NCBI GenBank assembly: GCA_022827685.1
Contig: JAJEIH010000117.1
Location: 198-64,197, forward strand
Direction of reading: 5' to 3'
Length of the DNA: 64,000 nucleotides
DNA from: Alphaproteobacteria bacterium
GTDB lineage: Bacteria > Pseudomonadota > Alphaproteobacteria > Bin95
The position numbers were made by a program, and so were the translations under genes. The notes beneath the pieces were generated by a model, which was given only the letters and a program-made list of their open reading frames with translations, was not told where the DNA came from and searched no databases. Shown in pieces: positions 51,555-61,764 of the stretch; positions within the stretch are counted from its first letter, which is position 1; the number at the start of each line of letters is the position of its first letter.

Positions 51555-52856
51555 ATGAATATCGGTCGATCGATCCGCAGCCGGCATTTGCCGCGCATCG
51601 GCATGGTGCTGCCGGACCTGGCAGGCGGCGGCGCCGAAAGGGTAGTGTTGACGCTGGCGGGCGCTCTTCTCGAACGAGGATTCCCCGTTGACCTGGTTCT
51701 TCTGCGTCTGAGCGGTTCCTACAAGCACACGATACCGGACGGGATTCGGATATATTATCGGCGGCGCAAAAGAACTACCGACCCGAACCTTCTTGCACAC
51801 TGCCGCGAGCGCCGGATCGAAATGCGTCCGCTTGCTGTCAATCTGCTGGCTACGTGCAGTGCATGGCGGCCCCTGCAAAAGCTCCATTCCGGTGTTCGCC
51901 TGAACTTGGCGCAAATACGCGCGGCAGTCGCCGTCGCCCGCTATATACGCGAGGCGCGACCTCAAATGCTGTTTGCGGCTCTGCCGCCTGCGAATTGTGC
52001 GGCGATACTCGGCGCGGAATTGGCGAAGATCCTCATTCCCGTCATAACGTCTATTCGTAACAACGTCGATATCAGTGAGAGCTACAAGGGACGGGGGAGG
52101 GAGATTGCTAGATCGACCGATCCCGGAGCCGACGCAGTAGTGGCGATTTCTCAAGGCGTGGCCAGAACCGTGATCGATACTTTGGGCGTCGATGCGCGAA
52201 AAACTCATGTGATTTACAATCCTGCTCCTGTGTCGGAAATACGCCGTTTGGCCGAACAGGAAGTCCGGCACCCCTGGTTTCGGGATTCCGGCATCCCGAT
52301 CGTTCTCAGCGTACTTGCTGAGAAAAAACAGAAAGACTGGCGCACACTCGTTTCGGCATTTGGATCGGTGCGCCGTAAGGCGAACGCCCGTCTCGCAATT
52401 CTAGGAGATCTGTCGGCCGATTACCGCAGCCGAATTACATCTCTGGCCCGGGAAATGGGCGTAGAAGCCGACATCGCCTTTCTGGGCTTCGTCGAGAACC
52501 CGTTCAGTTACATGCGGCGTGCCGCGCTGTTCGTGTTGTCGTCGAGATACGAAGGCCTGGCGAATGTCCTCATCGAGGCAATGGCCTGCGGCACCCCGGT
52601 TGTCAGCACCGATGCACCATACGGGCCGGCGGAGATTCTCGAAGGAGGCCGGTGGGGTCCGCTGGTGCCGGTCGGCGATGCGGAGGCGCTGGCCGCCGCG
52701 ATCGTCGGGTGTCTGAATGGCGGCGCGGTTTCCACGGCGGAACTCGAACGGCGCGCCGATGACTTTTCCGTGGAGCGCCTTGTTCCCGTCTATGAGGATT
52801 TGTTCAGGAGGATGATTGAGAAAGGGAAGGGCGCAACGGTCCAGGAGCGAGTTTGA
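51555..52856 (+). CDS. Glycosyltransferase family 4
   Basis: GGGAERV, VIYNP, FLGFVENPF.YM, SSRYEGLANVLIEAMACGTPVVSTD. Confidence 0.9.
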   Translation: MNIGRSIRSRHLPRIGMVLPDLAGGGAERVVLTLAGALLERGFPVDLVLLRLSGSYKHTIPDGIRIYYRRRKRTTDPNLLAHCRERRIEMRPLAVNLLATCSAWRPLQKLHSGVRLNLAQIRAAVAVARYIREARPQMLFAALPPANCAAILGAELAKILIPVITSIRNNVDISESYKGRGREIARSTDPGADAVVAISQGVARTVIDTLGVDARKTHVIYNPAPVSEIRRLAEQEVRHPWFRDSGIPIVLSVLAEKKQKDWRTLVSAFGSVRRKANARLAILGDLSADYRSRITSLAREMGVEADIAFLGFVENPFSYMRRAALFVLSSRYEGLANVLIEAMACGTPVVSTDAPYGPAEILEGGRWGPLVPVGDAEALAAAIVGCLNGGAVSTAELERRADDFSVERLVPVYEDLFRRMIEKGKGATVQERV

Positions 52857-52991
52857 GCGGGAACGCCCGACCGATGGGAACCGGCAGAGGAAACCTCTTG
52901 GGCTTCCGCCCGCCGGCTGCCCCCCCTTCGCACAAGGCGGAAGGCGCTCGCGGCAGGGCGCGGGCGAAGGAGCGGCCGGCAGTCGGGCGTG

Positions 52992-53250
52992 CTACCGGGC
53001 CGGGGGCAGCCGGCCGGCGATGTCGTCCAGCCTGCCGTTCAGCCTGCCTTCCACCGTCCGGATATCCCCCCGGACCTGCTCCAGGCCTGCCTCCAGCTTC
53101 TCCTGGCCTTCCTCCAGCACGATCAGGCGGGTCTCGACGACGCCGAGCCGCGCGTTCATCTCATGGATGGACAGCGCGGTCCAGCCAAGCAGCCCCAGCA
53201 GGGCGACCGCCAGCACGGGATACAGCCGGTCCGGGCGAGGCGGCCGCCAT
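52992..53250 (-). pseudogene. Internally deleted, frameshifted tandem duplicate of the 53260-53628 gene (may re-initiate at GTG 53216)
   Basis: ATGGCGGCCGCCTCGCCCG joined directly to GACCGGCTGTATCCC; 95 nt of the paralogue's head missing; TM/coiled-coil part nearly identical. Confidence 0.7.
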
Positions 53251-53259
53251 GCAGTCCGC

Positions 53260-53628
53260 TCACCGCCGGGCGAGATCGTCCACCTTCCGGTCCAGAACCC
53301 GGAGGTCTCCCCGGACCTGCGCCAGCCCGGCGGCCAGCGCCTGCCGCTCCTCCCGCGCCCGCTCCAGACCGGCCGCCAGCGTCTCTTGGCCTTCCTCCAG
53401 CACGATCAGGCGGGTCTCGACGACGCCGAGCCGCGCGTTCATCTCGTGGATGGATAGCGCGATCCAGCCAAGCAGCCCCAGCAGGGCGACCGCCAGCACG
53501 GGATACAGCCAGTCCCGCTGCGCCAATGGCCGCCGGGCGGCGGACTCCGCCAGGGCGGCCGCGGCGTCGGGCCGGACGCCGGCCTGCTCCAGCGCGCTGC
53601 GGATCTGTTCGGGCGATGCGGTCGCCAT
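53260..53628 (-). CDS. Small protein with N-terminal helical head, one TM helix and a C-terminal coiled coil (122 aa)
   Basis: GAGAGGA SD; EQIRSALEQAGVRPDAAAALA head, VLAVALLGLLGWIALSI TM, heptad tail RLGVVETRLIVLEEGQETL. Confidence 0.78.
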   Translation of the reverse strand: MATASPEQIRSALEQAGVRPDAAAALAESAARRPLAQRDWLYPVLAVALLGLLGWIALSIHEMNARLGVVETRLIVLEEGQETLAAGLERAREERQALAAGLAQVRGDLRVLDRKVDDLARR

Positions 53629-53715
53629 GATGTCCTCTCGCCGACGGCCGGCAACACCATAGCCCGCCCGGGTCCGGCCGTCCACAACGGGCCGGACGCC
53701 ATGCGGGATAGTGGC

Positions 53716-54381
53716 AGGAATAAGAACATTCCAGAAAATTATCTCTATTCATACTTGACATCCCGGCGGCCTGCTCCCAGATTGCGGCGGGTGGAAGGGG
53801 ACGGCGATCCGGAAGCCGCCCCGCCTTGCGCCGGCGCGGGAAAGGCCCCGGGGAGCGGACGGGCGAGGTGCGTCCCGCGTCCGGCTCGCGCGTGCGGGCG
53901 CACAGGCGCAATCAGGCGCGCGAACCGCGCCGCCGCGATACGCGCGCCGGCGGGCGCGGGCGCGCGCAGGATACGCGCGAATCAGGGTCCCGCCGCCAGG
54001 GCAGGCCGGCGGTGGGGAGAGCGGAACGAAAGGGAACGAACCGGGATGAAGGAACGAGATTCATACCGAGGAGCGCAATGCAGAACCGATGTCCTGGGGG
54101 TGCTCCATTGTGCTCCCCTCCCGCTCGGCGGGAGGGGTTGGGGGAGGGCCTCTCGGTGTGACGGGCCGTTGCCGGGCTTCGCCCGCCGCCGCTTCCGCCA
54201 GCGCGGAAGCGGCCCCCCACCCGGCCTCCCCCGCAAGCGGGGGAGGAGCTTTTCGGCATCGGCCCTCATGCCCGAACGGGCCACCGCCTATGCACCGGCG
54301 GCATGCGGATCATGACATCTCATGACATATGGCGCTGTCTCCCGCCGGGCCGCATGACAAAACATGACATCCCATGACATG
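53716..54381 (+). repeat. Dispersed intergenic element, copy B
   Basis: TTGACA(53755)-N17-CAGATT, hairpin, GC core homologous to copy A, GGAACG decamers, five CATGACA repeats (54311, 54321, 54353, 54363, 54373). Confidence 0.8.
54112..54249. repeat. REP-like double-hairpin repeat nested in element copy B
   Basis: CCCCTCCCGC/GCGGGAGGGG and CCTCCCCCGC/GCGGGGGAGG hairpins bounded by GCTCC...GGAGC. Confidence 0.7.
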
Positions 54382-54419
54382 CCCGTGGGGTGGGCCCCCG
54401 GGCCGGGAGCCGGTCCGGC

Positions 54420-54995
54420 TTACGCCGCCTGCCCCTCGCGGCGGAAGGCGGCGCCGGCGTGTTCGGGCTGGTCGGTGCGGAAGACGAGGTCGTCCACGGG
54501 CGCGCCCGATTCGTAGCGGGCCAGCAGCTCGTCCGGGTCGAAGAGCTGGCCGACGGGATCGCGCGCGAAGGTTTCGCTGCGCATGAATTCGCCGGCCTGG
54601 GCCAGGTCCATCATGTCGATCTGGAACTCCAGCCCGTTGCCGTCCGGGTCGCGGTAATACATCGAGAGCGTGAGCCCGTGGCGGATCGGCCGGTAGGGCA
54701 GGATGCCCATGCCCTTCAGCCGCTTGTAGGTGTCGAGCAGCTCGCCCAGGTCCCGCCAGGTGTAGGCGACATGGTGGACGCCCGCCTCGTCCGGCCGGCG
54801 CGCCGCCGCGCCCTCCGGCGCGGGCCCGAGATTGATGAAGGCGAAGCGGTGGTGCTCGTCGTCATAGGTCAGGAACGCCAGCCGCTCGTCCCGGTGCTGG
54901 ATGCGCGCCTCGAAGACGCGGGCATACCAGTCGATCATCTCCTCATGGCGGTGGGTGTTGTAAACGATATGGGCGAACTTGCTGGGCGCGACCAT
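54420..54995 (-). CDS. VOC family protein (single-domain, biphenyl-2,3-diol dioxygenase III-like)
   Basis: PSKFAHIVY.T, FLTYDDEHHR, HHVAYT, HGLTLSMYYRDPDGN.LEFQID. Confidence 0.85.
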   Translation of the reverse strand: MVAPSKFAHIVYNTHRHEEMIDWYARVFEARIQHRDERLAFLTYDDEHHRFAFINLGPAPEGAAARRPDEAGVHHVAYTWRDLGELLDTYKRLKGMGILPYRPIRHGLTLSMYYRDPDGNGLEFQIDMMDLAQAGEFMRSETFARDPVGQLFDPDELLARYESGAPVDDLVFRTDQPEHAGAAFRREGQAA

Positions 54996-55022
54996 CTCCG
55001 CCTCCCTCCCTGCGTTCGGGTA

Positions 55023-55718
55023 TCAGGCCGTCTCCCGGACCCTGACCGGCGGGTCCGTCTCGCTCGTCGCCAGCATCTCCGCATCGGTCATGGCGAGTAT
55101 CGTCTCGTAGCGGCCGGGCGGATAGTTGGTCATGTGCGGGCCCGGCGCATCGGGGCCGGGCTGCGGCACCGCGCCGCCGCTGTCCGCGAAGTCCGAGGAC
55201 CGCTTGTAGCGCGCGAGCTCGTCCGCGCCGATGCCGGCGAGCGCGACCACTTCCGGGTCGATCCACGCCTCGGCGTCTATCGGCGCCTCGGAATAGGACA
55301 GCTCCAGCGCGAGGTTCTCCGGCCCGGCGAAATAGATCGACTTGCAGAAGCCGTGGTCCCTGGGCCCGATCACCGGCACGCCCTTGGCGCGCAGGCGGTC
55401 CTTCATCGCCATCAGCTCCTCCTCGCCCTGCACGCGGAAGGCGACATGCTGCATGGTCCCGGCGGCGCTGTTGGCGCCGGGATTGCCGGCATGCGTGCGC
55501 CCGACCTCGGCCGGGATGTCCCCGATGGCGTCGTTCTGCACCAGCGCGATGGCGCTTTCGTCATTCAGGCGCAGGAAGCCGTGGAAGGTGTTCTCCACCC
55601 CGTGCATCCAGTAGAGCGCGACCAGCTCCATGCCGAGCTTGTCGGTGAAGAACTCGATCTGGGTCTTGATGTCGGCGGTGGTGATGGCGAGGTGGTGCAG
55701 GCCTTCGAGCTTGTTCAT
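55023..55718 (-). CDS. VOC/glyoxalase family protein
   Basis: GLHHLAI, LYWMHG, MQHVAF, DHGFCKSIYFAGPENL.LE. Confidence 0.85.
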   Translation of the reverse strand: MNKLEGLHHLAITTADIKTQIEFFTDKLGMELVALYWMHGVENTFHGFLRLNDESAIALVQNDAIGDIPAEVGRTHAGNPGANSAAGTMQHVAFRVQGEEELMAMKDRLRAKGVPVIGPRDHGFCKSIYFAGPENLALELSYSEAPIDAEAWIDPEVVALAGIGADELARYKRSSDFADSGGAVPQPGPDAPGPHMTNYPPGRYETILAMTDAEMLATSETDPPVRVRETA

Positions 55719-55823
55719 GGCGTCTCTCCCGATATGTCCGGCGGCTGCGCGCGGAGGGGATGGCTCAGCGATAACATCGCCCGGCGCGTCCCGATTTCCA
55801 ACCCGCAATCCTGCGCCGGTCCC

Positions 55824-56019
55824 CTGGAACACGATCCGTTCGGGTTGCAACGGCGCCGAACGGGCAACCCCGATTGTCACCCCGGACGGAGAGAAGCGGA
55901 GATCCGGGGTCCAGCCTGTCGAGGTCTTTGCCATGCTTTGCCGGCGGTGCTGGGCCCCGGCTCGGAGGCCGGGGCGACAAATTCGGGCCGGGATTCAATT
56001 CGAAAGGACTCTGCTCTAG
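55824..56019. repeat. Composite palindromic repeat: degenerate CTAGAGC-type terminal IRs enclosing a REP doublet
   Basis: Left CTGGAACACGATCCGTTCGGGTTG vs right (rc) CTAGAGCAGAGTCCTTTCGAATTG; inner GTCACCCCGGAC..ATCCGGGGTCCAG and CTGGGCCCCGGCTCGGAGGCCGGGGCGAC. Confidence 0.8.
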
Positions 56020-57229
56020 CAGAGGTCCGGCGCCTCGGCGGCCGCCGCCGCTTCCGCCGCTTCGAGGTCGAAAGCGTCGTAGCTGTAGAGCCATTCGAGC
56101 GTGCGGCTGCGCGACGCGCCGAGCGTGCGGTTGCGTTCGGCCGCCGCCTCGCCGCGCATGTGGAACAGCTCCGCATTGCGGCGCGAGCCGGTCTGGATGC
56201 GGGCCGACCGGGCCCGGCGCAGGTCCTCGTAGCGTTTCAGGCCGGCCGCGACATCCCCGTCCGCCGCCAGGCATTCCGCCAGCACGGCGCCGTCCTCGAT
56301 GGCCATGGCCGCGCCCTGGGCCATGAAGGGCAGCGTCGCATGGCAGGCGTCGCCCAAGAGCGTCACCCGGCCCTTGCCCCATCGCGGCATGGGCGGCCGG
56401 TCGAACAGCGCCCACTTGTAGCAGGCGTCCGGGTCCATGGCCCCGATCAGCCGGCGCACGCCGTCATGCCAGCCGGCGAAGTCGGCCTTGAGCTCCTCGA
56501 TATCGCCGCGCTCGGTCCAGGATTCGCGCTCCCAGCCTTCCTTCTCGACCACGCAGACGCAGTTCACCAGCGCGCCGCTGCGGACATAGTAGTGGACGAC
56601 ATGCCCGCCCGGCCCCAGCCAGTTGGAGGAGACCGGGCGCACGAAGCCCTCCGGCAGCCGGGCCGCCGGCACCAGGCCGCGCCAGGCGACCGTGCCGGTG
56701 AAGGCCGGCGCCTCCGGGCCGAACAGGAAGGCGCGCACCGCCGAATGGATGCCGTCCGCGCCGACCAGCGCCCGGCCCCGGTAGCGCCTGCCGCCCGCCG
56801 AAAGCGAGACCCCGCCGGCGGACTGCTCGATGCCGCCCGCTTCGGCGGCGGTGTGCAGCGCGATTCGCGGCTCCGCCCGGGCGGCGTCCGCCAGCGCGCC
56901 GATCAGGTCCGCGCGGTGGATATGGTAGTAGGGATAGCCGTAGCGCCGGCGCAGCCCGTCGCCCAGCTCCACCTCGTGGATGGTCCCGCCGCTCGCCCAG
57001 TCGCGCATCTGGCCCGCGACCGGCAGGAAGGCGGCCGCCTCCAGCGCCTCCGCCAGGCCGAGCCGGTGCAGCACCCGGTTGCAATTGGGGCTGAGCTGGA
57101 TGCCCGCGCCGATCTCGCCGAACGCCGGCGCCGCCTCGAACACGCGCACACTCAAGCCCTTCGCGGCGAGGCAGAGCGCCGCCGTCAGCCCGCCGATACC
57201 GCCGCCGGCAATCAGGATGTCATCGCCGG

Positions 57230-57233
<4 letters not shown>
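56016..57233 (-). CDS. FAD-dependent monooxygenase (salicylate hydroxylase/UbiH family)
   Basis: [13 protein letters not shown] lies upstream of the ORF-track start; [36 protein letters not shown]; apparent ATA start. Confidence 0.88.
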
Positions 57234-58702
<1,469 letters not shown>

Positions 58703-58759
58703 GGGGCTATGCTAAGGAACCTCGCTCCTGTTCCGCAACCGCAGGAAAGGCCGCCGCCC

Positions 58760-59539
58760 ATGCCGCGTTTCGCCGCCAATCTCTCGATGCTCTTCACCGA
58801 ACACGGGTTCCTGGACCGCTTCGACGCCGCCGCCAGGGTCGGCTTCAGGGCGGTCGAGTTCCTGTTCCCCTACGACTTCGCGCCGGAGGAGGTGGCGAAA
58901 GCGAAGGCGGATGCCGGGGTCGAGGTCGTGCTGTTCAACATGCCGCCGGGAGACTGGGAGGCGGGCGAGCGCGGGCTGGCCGCCGTGCCGGGGCGCGAGG
59001 CGGCGTTCGCGGACGCGCTGGAGACGGCGGCGGCGTGGGCCGGTGTGCTGGAAAGCCCGCGCGTGCATGTCATGGCCGGCATTCCGGGCGAGGACGCCGA
59101 GGCGGAGGCCGAGGCGGTCTATGCGGCGAACCTGAAACGCGCCGCCGCCCGGCTGGACACGCGCCAGGTCTCCATCGAGCCGATCAACCGGCGGGACATT
59201 CCGGGCTTCTTCCTCAACCGGCAGGACGAGGCGCACCGCATCCGCGCCGCCGTCGGGGCGGAGACGGTCAAGGTGCAGATGGACCTCTACCACTGTCAGA
59301 TCGTCGAGGGCGATGTCGCCATGCGGTTGCGCGAATGGCTGCCGGGCGGCGGCGTCGGCCACATGCAGATCGCCGGCGTGCCGGAGCGCCACGAGCCTTC
59401 CGTCGGCGAGATGCACTACCCCTATCTGTTCAGGCTGATCGACGAGCTTGGCTATGAAGGCTGGATCGGCTGCGAATACCGCCCGCGCGCCGGCACCGTG
59501 GAAGGGCTCGGCTGGGCGAAGGCCTACGGGATCGGCTGA
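58760..59539 (+). CDS. hyi: Hydroxypyruvate isomerase family protein (Hyi/OtnI)
   Basis: [53 protein letters not shown]. Confidence 0.85.
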   Translation: MPRFAANLSMLFTEHGFLDRFDAAARVGFRAVEFLFPYDFAPEEVAKAKADAGVEVVLFNMPPGDWEAGERGLAAVPGREAAFADALETAAAWAGVLESPRVHVMAGIPGEDAEAEAEAVYAANLKRAAARLDTRQVSIEPINRRDIPGFFLNRQDEAHRIRAAVGAETVKVQMDLYHCQIVEGDVAMRLREWLPGGGVGHMQIAGVPERHEPSVGEMHYPYLFRLIDELGYEGWIGCEYRPRAGTVEGLGWAKAYGIG

Positions 59540-59578
59540 CCCGCCTCCGCCGCATCCGCAGCGGAGACGGGTTCCGGA

Positions 59579-60961
59579 TCAGTCGAGCAACACCCTCGGC
59601 AGCCAGAGCGCGATATCGGGCCAGGCCAGCACGAAGCCGAGGCCGACAAGCTGCAGGCACACAAACGGGATGATGCCCCGGTAGATCGACACCAGCTGCA
59701 CCTCCGGCGGCGCCACGCCCTTCATGTAGAACAGCGCGAAGCCGAAAGGCGGCGTCAGGAAGGAGGTCTGCAGGTTGACCGCCACCAGCAGCGCGAACCA
59801 GTAGATCTTCTCGGCGTCGATGACGTGCTCGCCGAAATCCAGCTCCTGCACGATCGGCGTGAAGACCGGCAGCACGATCAGCGTGATTTCCAGGAAGTCG
59901 AAGAAGAAGCCGAGGAAGAAGACCGTCGCCATCAGCACGATCAGCAGGCCCCAATTGCCCAGACCGAGCGAGAAGATGAGTTCCTCCACCACATCGTCGC
60001 CGCCGAGCGAGCGGAACACGTAGGAGAAGGCCGTCGCGCCGATGAAGACGAAGAAGATCATCGCCACGGTGAGCGAGGTGCGGTTCAGCACGTCGCCCAG
60101 CGCCTCCAGCGTGAGGTTCCGGTTGATGACTGCCAGCAGGGTCGCGCCGAACGCACCGACCGCCGCCGCCTCGGACGGCGTTGCCCAGCCCGCGATGATC
60201 GACCCCAGGACCAGCACGATCAGGAAAACCGGCGGGATGAAGCCGCGCAGCACCATGGTCCCCAGCTCGGCCATGCTGCCGGGGCCGCGCTCGTCCGGCA
60301 GCGGCGGACCCAATTGCGGCCAGATCAGGGTGAGCAGCATGATATAGACGAAGTAGAGGCCGGAAAGCAGCAGGCCGGGGAACACCGCCGCCACGAACAG
60401 GTTGCCGACCGAGATCGACAGCAGATCGGCCATGATGACCAGCATGATGCTCGGCGGGATCAGGATGCCGAGCGTGCTGGCGGCGGCGATCGTGCCGGTG
60501 GCGAGCTCCTGGTTGTATCTGCGCTCCAGCATGATCGGCAGCGCCATCAGGGTGATCATCACCACAGAAGCGCCGATAATGCCGGTGCTGGCCGCCATGA
60601 TGGTGCCCATGACGGTGACGCCGAGGGCGAGGCCGCCGGGGACGCGGCGCAGCAACACCTGGAGGCAGTGCAGGAGGTCATGGGCGACGCCCGACCGCTC
60701 CAGCATGGTGCCCATGAAGACGAACAGCGGCACCGCGACCAGCACGAGGTTTTCCGCCGCTCCGCCCCAGACGCGCGGCAGGATGTTGAAGAACTCGATG
60801 GGCGCGAACACATCCAGAGCGGTACCGATCAGGCCGAATGCGAGCGAGGCGCCGCCGAGCGCAAACGCGACCGGAAAACCGGTGAACAACAGGCAGCCCA
60901 GCCCGATGAACATGTAGATCGCGATATATTCCTGGAGGTGCCAGTAGATTTCCTGCCACAT
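59579..60961 (-). CDS. dctM: TRAP transporter large permease
   Basis: GFPVAFALGG, LVAVPLFVFMG.MLERSG, GILIPPSI, NLQTSFLTPPFGFALFY. Confidence 0.93.
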   Translation of the reverse strand: MWQEIYWHLQEYIAIYMFIGLGCLLFTGFPVAFALGGASLAFGLIGTALDVFAPIEFFNILPRVWGGAAENLVLVAVPLFVFMGTMLERSGVAHDLLHCLQVLLRRVPGGLALGVTVMGTIMAASTGIIGASVVMITLMALPIMLERRYNQELATGTIAAASTLGILIPPSIMLVIMADLLSISVGNLFVAAVFPGLLLSGLYFVYIMLLTLIWPQLGPPLPDERGPGSMAELGTMVLRGFIPPVFLIVLVLGSIIAGWATPSEAAAVGAFGATLLAVINRNLTLEALGDVLNRTSLTVAMIFFVFIGATAFSYVFRSLGGDDVVEELIFSLGLGNWGLLIVLMATVFFLGFFFDFLEITLIVLPVFTPIVQELDFGEHVIDAEKIYWFALLVAVNLQTSFLTPPFGFALFYMKGVAPPEVQLVSIYRGIIPFVCLQLVGLGFVLAWPDIALWLPRVLLD

Positions 60962-60964
60962 GGT

Positions 60965-61597
60965 TCAGCGGTCCTCCGCCTGCGCGCCGCCCGAAGCGAT
61001 TACGACCCGTTCGGTCATCGGTTCCTGCACTGTGAGCAGGGGGACATTCAGGCCGGGCGGCCCGAACAGGTAAGCGGTCTTGCGCAGCCAGACGCTGATA
61101 CCGGCAAGCAGGGCGAAGACGAACCCGAGGAACAGGATGCCCTTGATGATCCAGCGGTTGCTGAGACCGACCAGGGAATAGGAAATCTCGTTCTGGATAT
61201 AGGACTTGTAGGCGAAATCCCAGGAAAACCAGATCAGCACGCAGCAATAGGGGATCATGGCGATGGTTACGCCGATCCACTCGATCCACGCCTGCTTGCG
61301 GATCGGCAGGCGCTCGCGAATCACATCCACCCGGACATGGCTGTTCGCCACATAGCCGTAACCGAGCGCGGAAGCGAACAGCGCGGTGTGGAAATGCCAC
61401 TCCCACTCCTGGAGCACGGTCGATTCGAGTTGGTCGCCCAGCGTCTCGATGATCCATATCTGGAACGTGGTGAACTTGCGTGTCACGACATCCCACATCG
61501 TCACGATGATCAACGGGATGATGGCGATTGAGCCCAGCCTGCCGACAAAGGACACGATCTTGTTCAGCCGGTCGCTGATCTGCACGAGCTTTTCCAT
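60965..61597 (-). CDS. dctQ: TRAP transporter small permease
   Basis: QEWEWH, HVRVDVI, four TM segments; located between dctP and dctM. Confidence 0.9.
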   Translation of the reverse strand: MEKLVQISDRLNKIVSFVGRLGSIAIIPLIIVTMWDVVTRKFTTFQIWIIETLGDQLESTVLQEWEWHFHTALFASALGYGYVANSHVRVDVIRERLPIRKQAWIEWIGVTIAMIPYCCVLIWFSWDFAYKSYIQNEISYSLVGLSNRWIIKGILFLGFVFALLAGISVWLRKTAYLFGPPGLNVPLLTVQEPMTERVVIASGGAQAEDR

Positions 61598-61680
61598 CGG
61601 ATTCGCCCGCAACCTCCCTGGAAATCCCCGAATGCCGAAACCGGCTCTCGGGCAACCTGCCGGAACGGGGGCCGGCAGGC

Positions 61681-61720
61681 AAGAGAAACCGCCGGGGCGG
61701 GTTCAGCCCCGCCCCGGCGG
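61681..61720 (-). terminator. Hairpin between dctP and dctQ (partial terminator or mRNA stabiliser)
   Basis: CCGCCGGGGCGGG/CCCGCCCCGGCGG 13-bp stem followed by TTTCTCTT on the minus strand. Confidence 0.7.
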
Positions 61721-61764
61721 CAAGTCGGTCCCTTGCAGGACCGGTTGGCTAGTCGGTCCGACGG

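Noticed and set aside
53716-53750. LexA box in the AT-rich tract of element copy B
   Set aside because: GAAC is present but there is no GAAC-N7-GAAC or GTTC-N7-GTTC match, and it is not conserved in copy A.
54311-54380. CATGACA arrays as a CRISPR array
   Set aside because: The 7-bp units have mostly 3-bp spacers, far too short, and no cas genes are present.
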